DNA from: Acidimicrobiia bacterium | Lineage (GTDB): Bacteria; Actinomycetota; Acidimicrobiia; Spongiisociales; ZC4RG35 | DNA: 64,000 nucleotides | Assembly (NCBI GenBank): GCA_040878345.1 | Contig: JBBDML010000019.1 | Span: 21,373-85,372 of the forward strand | Direction of reading: 5' to 3' | Shown: positions 9,519-17,575 of the stretch, in pieces | How the letters are laid out: every line of letters starts with the position of its first letter | Numbering within the stretch: position 1 is the first letter of the stretch | The notes under the pieces: generated by a model | Database searches by the model: none | What the model saw: only the letters and a program-made list of their open reading frames with translations | What the model was told of the DNA's origin: nothing | Made by a program: the position numbers and the translations under genes

Positions 9519-9869
9519 TCAGGACCCTTCGGTCTCCTCCTCATCCGCATCGGATGCGGCGTCGGCGGCATCGGACATATGGTCCGAAGCGGTGCCGGCC
9601 GCGTGGGACATATGGTCCGAGGCGGTGTCGGCGGCGTGGGACATATGGTCCGAGGCGGTATCGCCACCGGCCTGAACCCGGTCTTTGACGGTCTCGAATG
9701 CCTCCGAAGCGGCATCTTTGACCTTCTCGACATAGGGCGCAGCCTTCTCAGCCATGTCGCCGGCGGCATCCTTTGCCTTGTCGACGTATGGGGCTGCCTT
9801 CTCGCCGACTTCTGATGCGGTTTCCTTCGCGGTACCGAACCATTTCTTGAGGGTGTCCATGAAACCCAT
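9519..9869 (-). CDS. Small acidic repeat protein (amphipathic 'EKAAPYV-K-KDAA' repeats plus 3x 'DTASDHMSHAA'); function unknown, stress/LEA-like by composition
   Basis: ATG preceded by GAAGGA SD. Internal amino-acid repeats are mirrored by 33-nt DNA repeats. No TM segment or signal peptide. Confidence 0.55.
   Translation of the reverse strand: MGFMDTLKKWFGTAKETASEVGEKAAPYVDKAKDAAGDMAEKAAPYVEKVKDAASEAFETVKDRVQAGGDTASDHMSHAADTASDHMSHAAGTASDHMSDAADAASDADEEETEGS
9574..9672. repeat. Three tandem 33-nt in-frame repeats (gacatatggtccgaRgcggtRYcggc...) inside the small repeat-protein gene
   Basis: Copies start at 9574, 9607 and 9640, with a few substitutions. Confidence 0.9.
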
Positions 9870-9920
9870 CGACTCATCCTTCTGTGGTGGGATGCCAACA
9901 GTACTCGTCGAGTTGGTGGC

Positions 9921-10319
9921 TCAGTAACGGAAGCGGGCGATCACCCGGCCGCCACCGTCCAACAGCAGCACCACGTCGCCGCCGTTGTTCCACACCGCAG
10001 AGTCGCCGGGATCCCATCCAGGGTCCGAGCTGCGGATCGTGACCTCGGCACCGGGGCCGATCATCGACCCCGGGGTGAAGCGATACCGGTGGCGGGACGA
10101 CTCGTCACGCAGGACCCATCCGGCGAGATCCACGGGAGCCGTGCCCCGATTGACCAACACCACGACCTCGTCATCCAGCGTTTCCTCGTCGGGCCCGGGA
10201 GGGTCGGCAACCAACCCGGAACCATCGATCGCGATCTGGGGAAGGACACCCGTTCCGCAGACGTCATCGGCCCAGAGGCCTGCTCCGGTTTGGAAGGCAG
10301 TGCCTTCGGCGTCGATCAA
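9921..10319 (-). CDS. Lamin-tail-domain (LTD) protein; start uncertain
   Basis: 'VVLVNRGTAPVDLAGWVLRDESSRHRYRFTPGSMIGPGAEVTI' is LTD-like. The track ORF extends to 10544, but that N-terminus is Arg/His-rich junk. TTG at 10319 has an upstream GAGAGGG. Confidence 0.5.
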   Translation of the reverse strand: MIDAEGTAFQTGAGLWADDVCGTGVLPQIAIDGSGLVADPPGPDEETLDDEVVVLVNRGTAPVDLAGWVLRDESSRHRYRFTPGSMIGPGAEVTIRSSDPGWDPGDSAVWNNGGDVVLLLDGGGRVIARFRY

Positions 10320-10535
10320 TAAACGGTCGTTCGGGCCCTCTCTGGTGTGACCGCGATGGCCGAGGCTGACCGGCTCCAGGTCACGGTGGCCCCTTGGCCG
10401 ACCGTGTTGGTGGCGGCAGGGGCCGCGGTGGTGGTGACGGTGTCGGTAGGGGTTCAGGCTGTCAGAGACGCGGCCAACAGCACCCTGACGACACCGATTC
10501 TCCTCACAAGTCCAAGCTAGACATACCCTGGGCCG

Positions 10536-11714
10536 ATGCCGCACGCCAAGTCCGTCTTCTGCCTGGCCCTTTTGGTGGCCGCTTGTTCCGTCCAGGAGCT
10601 GGCGCCGGTGCCGGAGACCACCTCCACCACTTCAGGGCGGGCCACCACCACGACCGCTCCTTCCACAACCACCACCTCGTCACCGGCCACCACCACCACC
10701 ACCCTCCCTCCATTGCAGGGCCTGGCCTACCAAGAGGTGGCGGCTTTCGATTTCCCCATCCAGATCACCGCCGTCCCCGGCAGCGAGTTGTCCTACGTGG
10801 CCACCAAGGACGGTCGAATTTGGGTGTACGACGGTGCTCAGGTGAGCCCCGACCCCGTGTTGGACATCTCCGAAGCGGTCCGGGACGAGGGCGAGCGGGG
10901 GCTCCTGTCGCTGGTGCTCCACCCCGATGATCCCACTCGCCTCTTCATCCACTACTCGGCGAACGATGGGGACACCGTGGTCGCCGAGTACACCTTCATC
11001 GATCCGACCGCGGTGGACCCAGGCTCGGAGCGGGTCCTGCTTCGTCTCGACCAGCCGGCACCCAATCACAACGGGGGAATGCTCCAATTCGGGTCAGACG
11101 GTTTCCTCTACCTGGGCCTGGGCGACGGCGGGGGATCCAACGACCAGTTCAACAACGGGCAGAACCCCGACACCCTTCTGGGAGGCCTGGTGACTATGTC
11201 CGTGGACGGAGAGCCTGTCCCTTCCCTGTACTCCATGGGTCTGCGCAATCCGTGGCGCTTCTGGATCGACGGAAGCCTCATCTACATCGCCGATGTCGGC
11301 CAGAACGCCTTCGAGGAGGTCTCGGTCACCACGCTGGCACCAGGGCTCAACTTCGGGTGGCCGGTCACCGAGGGTCTTCACTGCTTCCGGCCGGCTTCGG
11401 GCTGTGACACCGCCGGTCAGGTGATCCCCGTGGTCGAGGTGAGCCATGGCGACGCCGGCACCTGCTCCATCACCGGGGGGGTGGTGTACCGCGGCGCCGC
11501 CATCCCCGAGATCGACGGCCACTTCTTCTACTCCGACCTGTGCGGGGGTTACCTGCGCAGCTTCCGGTTCGACGGTGGCGTAGTGGACGCCACCGACTGG
11601 ACCGATCAGGTCGGGGTCCCGGGCAATGTCGTCGGCTTCGGTGTGGATGGAGCAGGGGAGATGTACGTTGCCACCACCACGGCCCTCCTCAAGGTGGTGG
11701 CGGTGCGGGGCTGA
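10536..11714 (+). CDS. PQQ-dependent soluble sugar (glucose/sorbosone) dehydrogenase, lipoprotein
   Basis: Lipobox 'LLVAACS', Thr/Ser-rich linker, beta-propeller motifs 'HNGGMLQFGSDG', 'GLRNPWRF', 'DVGQNAFEEV'. Confidence 0.85.
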   Translation: MPHAKSVFCLALLVAACSVQELAPVPETTSTTSGRATTTTAPSTTTTSSPATTTTTLPPLQGLAYQEVAAFDFPIQITAVPGSELSYVATKDGRIWVYDGAQVSPDPVLDISEAVRDEGERGLLSLVLHPDDPTRLFIHYSANDGDTVVAEYTFIDPTAVDPGSERVLLRLDQPAPNHNGGMLQFGSDGFLYLGLGDGGGSNDQFNNGQNPDTLLGGLVTMSVDGEPVPSLYSMGLRNPWRFWIDGSLIYIADVGQNAFEEVSVTTLAPGLNFGWPVTEGLHCFRPASGCDTAGQVIPVVEVSHGDAGTCSITGGVVYRGAAIPEIDGHFFYSDLCGGYLRSFRFDGGVVDATDWTDQVGVPGNVVGFGVDGAGEMYVATTTALLKVVAVRG

Positions 11715-11735
11715 CCCCCGGATAGGCTCCCGCCG

Positions 11736-12158
11736 ATGCCGACCATCTTCACCCGGATCATCGAAGGCGAGATACCGGGCATATTTGTGTGGAGGGACGA
11801 CCGATGTGTCGCCTTCCTTTCGGTCAACCCGCTCCGACCAGGGCACACCCTGGTGGTTCCCCGGGCCGAGATCGACCATTGGCTCGACTGCCCTCCAGAT
11901 CTCCGTGACCACCTCTTCTCGGTGGCTCAGGCGATCGGCTCCGCCATCCATGAGGCCTTCCCCTCTCGGAGGGTGGGGCTGATGATCGCCGGTCTCGAGG
12001 TGCCCCATCTCCACATTCACCTGGTGCCTATCGACAAGGCCCACGACCTCGACTTCGCCAATGCCGCCGCCTCCGTGGACCGGGAGTCCCTGGAGGGCGC
12101 CGCCTCCTCGATCCGGGGGGCATTGCGGGCGCAGGGAGCAGGCGGGGTCTCCGAGTAG
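11736..12158 (+). CDS. HIT-family nucleotide hydrolase/transferase
   Basis: 'FLSVNPLRPGHTLVVPR' and the histidine triad 'VPHLHIHLVP'. Confidence 0.9.
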   Translation: MPTIFTRIIEGEIPGIFVWRDDRCVAFLSVNPLRPGHTLVVPRAEIDHWLDCPPDLRDHLFSVAQAIGSAIHEAFPSRRVGLMIAGLEVPHLHIHLVPIDKAHDLDFANAAASVDRESLEGAASSIRGALRAQGAGGVSE

Positions 12159-12989
12159 ATGGGGGTCTTCCTAGGGGGGCTCAGCTCGCTCTTCTACGGC
12201 GTCGCCGACTTCTTGGGCGGGGAGGCGAGCAAGAAGGCCCCGGCACCTGCGGTGGTCCTCGGCGCCGGAATGGTCTCCTTCCCCTTGATCTCTATTGCCG
12301 CTCTCGCAATCGGCGGTCAGTCCCGACCCGGCGATTGGGTTCTTGGCGCCCTGGCCGGGTTATTCGGGGCGCTAGGCCTCACCACACTGTTCGCCGGTCT
12401 GGCTCGGGGTCACGCCGCTGCGGTGGCCCCGGCCTCGGCGGCTTTCGGTGGGGTGGTTCCCGTCGCTGTGGCGGTGATGTTGGGGGAGCGCCCTTCGGCG
12501 TTGGCCTGGGCCGGTGTGGCTCTGGCGGTGCCTTCGATCATCATGTGTTCCTGGGTGGCCGACCGGGGTGATCTGCCCCATGGCGGTCTCGGGTACGGGT
12601 TGATTGCTGGGCTGGGGTTCGGTGGGTTCACCATCATCATCAGCCGCACCGCCCCAGCGTCCAACCTGCTCCCCCTGATCCCGGCAAGGGCCGCCACCAT
12701 GGCCGCGGTTGTCGTTATGGCACTGTTCGGCTTGTGGCGGATCGAAGGGATGAGGACGTTGCCGAGGGGTCTGGTGGCTGGCAACGGAGTGCTCGACGTG
12801 TCCGCCAACATCGCCCTGTTGCTCGCACTCCGGGCCGGGTCACTGGCCCTGGTCGCGGTGGCGGCGTCGGTGTTCCCTGCGGTCACGGTGACCCTCGCCC
12901 GCCTGGTCAACCACGAGCATCTCAGAGGGAGACAGATTCTGGGGTTGGTGTTGACTCTGCTGGCCCTGGCCCTCATCGCGCTCGGCTGA
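12159..12989 (+). CDS. EamA/DMT-superfamily membrane transporter
   Basis: About 9-10 TM helices. 'FYGVADFLGG' N-terminus. The ATG immediately follows the HIT gene stop. Its 3' 580 nt are overlapped antisense by the HNH ORF. Confidence 0.75.
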   Translation: MGVFLGGLSSLFYGVADFLGGEASKKAPAPAVVLGAGMVSFPLISIAALAIGGQSRPGDWVLGALAGLFGALGLTTLFAGLARGHAAAVAPASAAFGGVVPVAVAVMLGERPSALAWAGVALAVPSIIMCSWVADRGDLPHGGLGYGLIAGLGFGGFTIIISRTAPASNLLPLIPARAATMAAVVVMALFGLWRIEGMRTLPRGLVAGNGVLDVSANIALLLALRAGSLALVAVAASVFPAVTVTLARLVNHEHLRGRQILGLVLTLLALALIALG

Positions 12990-14191
12990 GACGCCTGGCC
13001 GGGTGGGGCCCGGGTCGAGTTGACTGCGCTTGGGATGGCCGACCTGGCCCCTGACGTGGTTGTCTCGGGGGGATGGCCCGGCGGTCGTGCCCTTTCCGCC
13101 GCCTCACGCCGGTGGATGAGGGTGTGGTGGAACCGGCAGAGGAGGGCGCAATTCTCGAGATCGGTCGCCCCGCCATCGGCCCAATGCTGACGGTGATGAA
13201 CGTCGCACCAGCGGGCGGGTCGCTCGCATCCGCGGTGGGTGCAGTGACGGTCCCTGGCGATGATGGCTCTGCGTAGGGCGGAGGGTATGACTCTGGTCTT
13301 GCGTCCGATGTCGATGATCTCGGAGCCCGGGCCGAGCACGATGTGGCTGATGGTGGCGTCGCAGGCGGTCTGGCGAACGATGTCGACCGTCAGTACTTCC
13401 CCGGTCTCGGTCTCGTGGCGACCACCTGCGATTCCATGGAGGGCTGGGATGTCGCAGATCAGGTTGATGTGTGGTTTCTCCCCACCTACGACCGGAGTGT
13501 CGGCATGGTCGAGGTAGTGACGGGCCAGATCTTCGAGAGCATCGTGGCGGCGCTGGGTGGCGCTCCGATGGTCTCCCGGTGATGGTGGGGGCATGTGTGC
13601 TCCGAGGGCGGTGCGGAGGGTCTCGTAGGCGGTGGGGGTGAGCCACCCGTCGACACGCTCCATCCCGCCAATGGTTTGAGACATCGAGATGCCCCGGAAG
13701 TCCTCACTACGGTCGGGGATCTCCTCCGGTCCGGTGACGCTCTGGGACCAATAGTGGAGGGCCCGACGGGTGTCTCCCGGGGTCAAGGGAGCGACAATCT
13801 CGACCAAATGCCTCTCGGCGTCTGAGAACTCTCTCGGGGCGCTGTCGGAGGCCTCGAAGAGCCGGTGCGCTTGATCGGTGGAGACCTGGCCTCCAGTCCA
13901 CGCCTGATACACGTACCGGCATCGGAGGGCAGCGTGAGCCACACCCACCAGTCGCCGGGCCCGTCCTGAGGCGATGCGGCACCGGTGGATCAGAAAGGCA
14001 GTGACAGACGGATAACCGTGGATCCCCGGGCCACCGGCCGTCTGATACCTGTCGAGGCGTCGGGCACGCTCGGCCTCGACCAGACCAGTCACTACTTCCA
14101 GCTCCACCAGATCTTCGGCCAGGTCATCGACATGGACCTCGTCGAGATCCTGGGTCGCCCACTCCTCCAGGGCAGACCTCAGACCACTCAT
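12410..14191 (-). CDS. DUF222 / HNH endonuclease (mycobacterial 13E12-repeat-like); functional 3' end uncertain
   Basis: ATG at 14191 with GGAGAGAG SD. 'DLVELEVVTGLVEAERARRL' (DUF222) and the HNH core 'CTHRGCERPARWCDVHHRQHWADGGATDLENCALLCRFHHTLIH'. The first in-frame stop is only at 12410. Confidence 0.75.
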   Translation of the reverse strand: MSGLRSALEEWATQDLDEVHVDDLAEDLVELEVVTGLVEAERARRLDRYQTAGGPGIHGYPSVTAFLIHRCRIASGRARRLVGVAHAALRCRYVYQAWTGGQVSTDQAHRLFEASDSAPREFSDAERHLVEIVAPLTPGDTRRALHYWSQSVTGPEEIPDRSEDFRGISMSQTIGGMERVDGWLTPTAYETLRTALGAHMPPPSPGDHRSATQRRHDALEDLARHYLDHADTPVVGGEKPHINLICDIPALHGIAGGRHETETGEVLTVDIVRQTACDATISHIVLGPGSEIIDIGRKTRVIPSALRRAIIARDRHCTHRGCERPARWCDVHHRQHWADGGATDLENCALLCRFHHTLIHRREAAERARPPGHPPETTTSGARSAIPSAVNSTRAPPGQASQPSAMRARASRVNTNPRICLPLRCSWLTRRARVTVTAGNTDAATATRASDPARSASNRAMLADTSSTPLPATRPLGNVLIPSIRHKPNSAITTTAAMVAALAGIRGSRLDAGAVRLMMMVNPPNPSPAINPYPRPPWGRSPRSATQEHMMIEGTARATPAQANAEGRSPNITATATGTTPPKAAEAGATAAA

Positions 14192-14201
14192 GCTCTCTCC
14201 C

Positions 14202-14215
14202 CGAACATATGTTCG
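14202..14215. promoter_or_regulatory. Candidate LexA (SOS) box CGAACATATGTTCG
   Basis: Perfect palindrome with a GAAC-N4-GTTC core, 10 nt upstream of the HNH gene ATG and abutting its SD. Confidence 0.5.
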
Positions 14216-14413
14216 TACAACTATCAGACCCCAGGGACAGAAACAAGAGGGTCGTTCTGGGAGCTTCAGCCGCTGATTGCGCCCGATCGGTGGAAGCCGT
14301 CTGTCGACACACAAGTCAGCGAACTCGAACAGCTGAAGCCATCCACGCTTCCGGTGGGGGAAACAACGGATCCTCTCGGTGTGAGGGGTTCGAGCGCGGG
14401 GGCCAGCGCCCCG

Positions 14414-15535
14414 TCAATCGGATTGCAGCCGGACGGGCTGGACCTCCTGCTCTTCTAGGATCTGACGGAGACGGTCGGCGTTCTCACGGATCCCTTTGGA
14501 CAAGCTCCGTCTCATCAGAGGCCAGAGCAGTCGCTGCTTTCCCCGGAGGCGCTGGAGGCGAATACGCAGCTCGGTGGCTTCCTCCCCGAGCGGCCGGAAC
14601 TCGAAGGTCTGGATCCAGGGCCCAACCATCGGAAGGACGATCCGATGTGTGTAGTAATGGAAGGGGTGCCAGTCGAGGATCTCTTCGGTGATGGCACCGC
14701 GGCCGTGAACGCAATGATTGGTGGTGCCAGGGCCGCGGCGACCGCTCGGGTTGGTCTGGTCGATGTGTGTGAAGTCGGTCTGCCACAGCAGACGCTTCCG
14801 CGGGGAGGTGGAAAAGTCCCACACCACGTTCACCGGAGCCTGGAACTCGGCGGCGAATTCGAATTGTGCCTCGGTAGGGAGGACGAACACTCGCCTCCGC
14901 TCCTGTACGCGGCTCCAGGCCTCCTCCAGGTCTTCGACGTAGCTGCCTACCTCGCCCACGTCGTCATAGCTCTCTCGATGTTCACGCATTCCCAGGATGA
15001 GGGGATCTAGGCCGAGAGCAGTTACACAGGAGTCGGTGAACAGCGCGTAGCCAAGATATCCCAGGCACTCCTTCACGCTGTTCTTGAGAAGGCGGTGGGC
15101 AACGATCACATCGCTCCCAGTCAGCTCCTCGGTCCCGGCCACCACGCTGCGGACGAAACGGCCGTTGTGAGCCACGAACTTGAGGTTGAGGTTGGGAATA
15201 AGCCGGCAGGCGTTGCAGTCGCAAGTCGTTGCCTGCCGGATGTCACGCAAACGTGACCGGAAAGCGAAATACGTTTCGTCGATAGTGTCGAGGAGCGTGG
15301 ACGCCTCGACCTCAGACTCGAGGGCGTAGGCGAAAGTGGCGTCGCCCTCCAGCTTGCTGATCCGCAGAGCTGGTCGCAGACCGCCGACCACGGTCTCAGT
15401 GAGGTCGGCCAGGACGTCCTGGGCGTGCTCGAGCTCGGTGTCGCGAAGATATTGGGTGTAGCCAGAGATGTCGGCGAGCACGAGGCAACCGCTCTCGGCT
15501 GCCGGGATCATCCAATCATGCGATGCGGTTTGCAT
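14414..15535 (-). CDS. DUF2652 (nucleotidyl-cyclase-like) domain fused to a C-terminal SRPBCC domain
   Basis: ATG 15535 with GGGAGAG SD. 'GCLVLADISGYTQYL...KLEGDATFAY' resembles DUF2652 / class III cyclase-like cores. The C-terminal half is START/SRPBCC-like. Confidence 0.6.
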   Translation of the reverse strand: MQTASHDWMIPAAESGCLVLADISGYTQYLRDTELEHAQDVLADLTETVVGGLRPALRISKLEGDATFAYALESEVEASTLLDTIDETYFAFRSRLRDIRQATTCDCNACRLIPNLNLKFVAHNGRFVRSVVAGTEELTGSDVIVAHRLLKNSVKECLGYLGYALFTDSCVTALGLDPLILGMREHRESYDDVGEVGSYVEDLEEAWSRVQERRRVFVLPTEAQFEFAAEFQAPVNVVWDFSTSPRKRLLWQTDFTHIDQTNPSGRRGPGTTNHCVHGRGAITEEILDWHPFHYYTHRIVLPMVGPWIQTFEFRPLGEEATELRIRLQRLRGKQRLLWPLMRRSLSKGIRENADRLRQILEEQEVQPVRLQSD

Positions 15536-15660
15536 GGCTCTCCCGGTGGGCTCGAGCGAATTGTATGGAGTCGGCGCGGTGGGCAGCGAGATCGCGCTGC
15601 CCTTGTCCACATGCATTGAGCTGGCGGTGTCAGCGACAACCCATTCTCTGCGCCATAGTC

Positions 15661-16704
15661 ATGAAGACGCTGACCAAAGAGCGAGCAGCTGTCACTGAAT
15701 ACGCCATCGATCGGGGCGGCCCAACTGCGCTCTTGAACCCCCGAACCGTGTCAAGGTATGGTTGCCCAGCGGGGATCGAGGAGGTGACGGTGGCGGCGTC
15801 TGGCCGCAGCGCCGGCCGACTTGTGCTGGCCGCCTTTTTCGTGGAGGCGGTCCTCGCCGGCGGCAATTCGGTAGCGATCAGGTTCAGCAACCGCGAACTG
15901 GCTCCACTTTGGGGAGCGGGTCTGCGGTTCGCGCTCGCGGCGGTGTTGATCGTGGTCGTGATGGCAGCGTTGAAACTGGCCCTACCTCGTGGAAAGGCCC
16001 TTACGGGTGCGGTGCTCTTTGGTCTATTCCAATTCGCAGGCGCGTTTGGCCTTTACTACTACGCACTCGTTGAGATACATGCCGGACTCGGCCAGACCCT
16101 GCTGGCGCTGGTACCACTCGCAACGCTGATCTTGGCAGTGGCTCAGCGTCAAGAGCGACTTCGCGGAGCGGCTGTTATAGGAACCCTCATTGGGCTTGTG
16201 GGGGTTGGTTTGATCTCACGCGATCCGTTGCGGGGGTCTATACCGCTGATCTCGCTGCTGGCGGTGCTGGGGAGCGTGTTGTGCTTCGCCCAAGCGTTGG
16301 TGCTAGTCCGCCGTTTCCCACCTATCCATCCGGTTGTGCTGACCGCTGTGGGAATGCTGGTGGGCGCGGTGGTGCTGGTAGGCGCGTCTGTCGTGGTAGG
16401 CGAGCCGCTCGCGCTTCCACAGCGCATTGAGACATGGGTGGCGCTCGGCTACGTGGCCGCTTTCGGCTCGGTTGTGGTGTTCCTGATCCACGTGTACGTG
16501 GTTCAGCTCTGGAGCGCGTCTCGTACCGCCTACGTGATGGTGCTCATTCCTTTTGTCACCGTTGTCCTCTCTGCCTGGCTAGATCACGAACCGGTAACCA
16601 ATGGCCTGGTGCTCGGAGGTCTATTGGTGATAGCCGGGGTTTACGTCGGCGCGTTACGGCAGACGCGAGTTTCCTTGACCCGTGCCGGCACAGGCGCGGG
16701 CTAG
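15661..16704 (+). CDS. EamA/DMT-family transporter
   Basis: 10 TM-like segments in two EamA repeats. An alternative start is GTG 15790, preceded by GGAGG. Uses rare ATA/TTA codons. Confidence 0.8.
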   Translation: MKTLTKERAAVTEYAIDRGGPTALLNPRTVSRYGCPAGIEEVTVAASGRSAGRLVLAAFFVEAVLAGGNSVAIRFSNRELAPLWGAGLRFALAAVLIVVVMAALKLALPRGKALTGAVLFGLFQFAGAFGLYYYALVEIHAGLGQTLLALVPLATLILAVAQRQERLRGAAVIGTLIGLVGVGLISRDPLRGSIPLISLLAVLGSVLCFAQALVLVRRFPPIHPVVLTAVGMLVGAVVLVGASVVVGEPLALPQRIETWVALGYVAAFGSVVVFLIHVYVVQLWSASRTAYVMVLIPFVTVVLSAWLDHEPVTNGLVLGGLLVIAGVYVGALRQTRVSLTRAGTGAG

Positions 16705-16868
16705 TCCCTCGAAGAACGTTCACGCACTCTCGCCCGCCGGGCAATACCCTGACTCGAGGACAAGAAACCCGAGGGATGCGGCGCTGTGCAGCGGATCTGC
16801 ACTTACCGCTCCGCCTGTCTTCGGCATGAAGGCGCTGTTCGACGCGACGGCTAGGGGCTCCGTACTTG

Positions 16869-17303
16869 TCAGGTCTCCAGCGTACGCTTGAGATTCTCGA
16901 TGAACTCACCGTTTCGGCGGCGCACCATCATCTTCATCATCGGACTCATCAACGTCATCAGACCACTCGTTTCGATCTGAATGTGACGTGTGACCTGGGT
17001 GCCGCCGCCCGCCTCCTCGAAGATGTGAGTCAGTCTCGGCTTCATGTTGCCCATGTCGGACTGAGACACGATCCGACGGCCAGGCTCGAACTCAACTATC
17101 TCCACCGTCCCCTCGGATGGCGACATGGGCTGAGGTCTGAACTGAAGCTTGTACCTCGTACCCTGGCCAACCTCACCGTCGGTCAGGCGTTCCGCCTCCA
17201 GGATATCGGTGTGCCACTGCGGTTCGTTTTCCATCTCGGCCACGAATGCGAACACCTCACCACGAGGGCGGTTCACCCTTGTAGAAACGGTCACGTCGAT
17301 CAT
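16869..17303 (-). CDS. SRPBCC (polyketide cyclase/START-like) family protein
   Basis: 'MIDVTVSTRVNRPRGEVFAFVAEMENEPQWH' is a typical SRPBCC N-terminus. ATG 17303 has a strong GGAAGGAG SD. The track ORF starts at 17336. Confidence 0.7.
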   Translation of the reverse strand: MIDVTVSTRVNRPRGEVFAFVAEMENEPQWHTDILEAERLTDGEVGQGTRYKLQFRPQPMSPSEGTVEIVEFEPGRRIVSQSDMGNMKPRLTHIFEEAGGGTQVTRHIQIETSGLMTLMSPMMKMMVRRRNGEFIENLKRTLET

Positions 17304-17575
17304 CCCTTTGGCTCCTTCCCACCTGTCGCCCTCCATCTGTTGACAGAGAGATCGGGTAAGGGGCTACGAACCTACTCTGTTCAGCTAGTGGCCAGTCGCC
17401 CAAATAGCTACGCGGTTGCAGCAGCCGAAGCGGTAACTATCGCGCGTCCGTCGCGCGTACGGTGCAATTCACAGTCATCGGCACCGTCCGTAAAACGCCC
17501 TGACCAGCCATTTCAGTCCACGGTCGTCCGCGGAGTCCGCCCTGGCAGCGTTCACACCGCAGAGGTCGGGGAGGC

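Noticed and set aside
17337-17575. The AT-richer 240-bp spacer as an sRNA or tRNA locus
   Set aside because: No cloverleaf-compatible arms, no terminator hairpin and no promoter consensus were found. Kept only as part of the atypical-composition observation.
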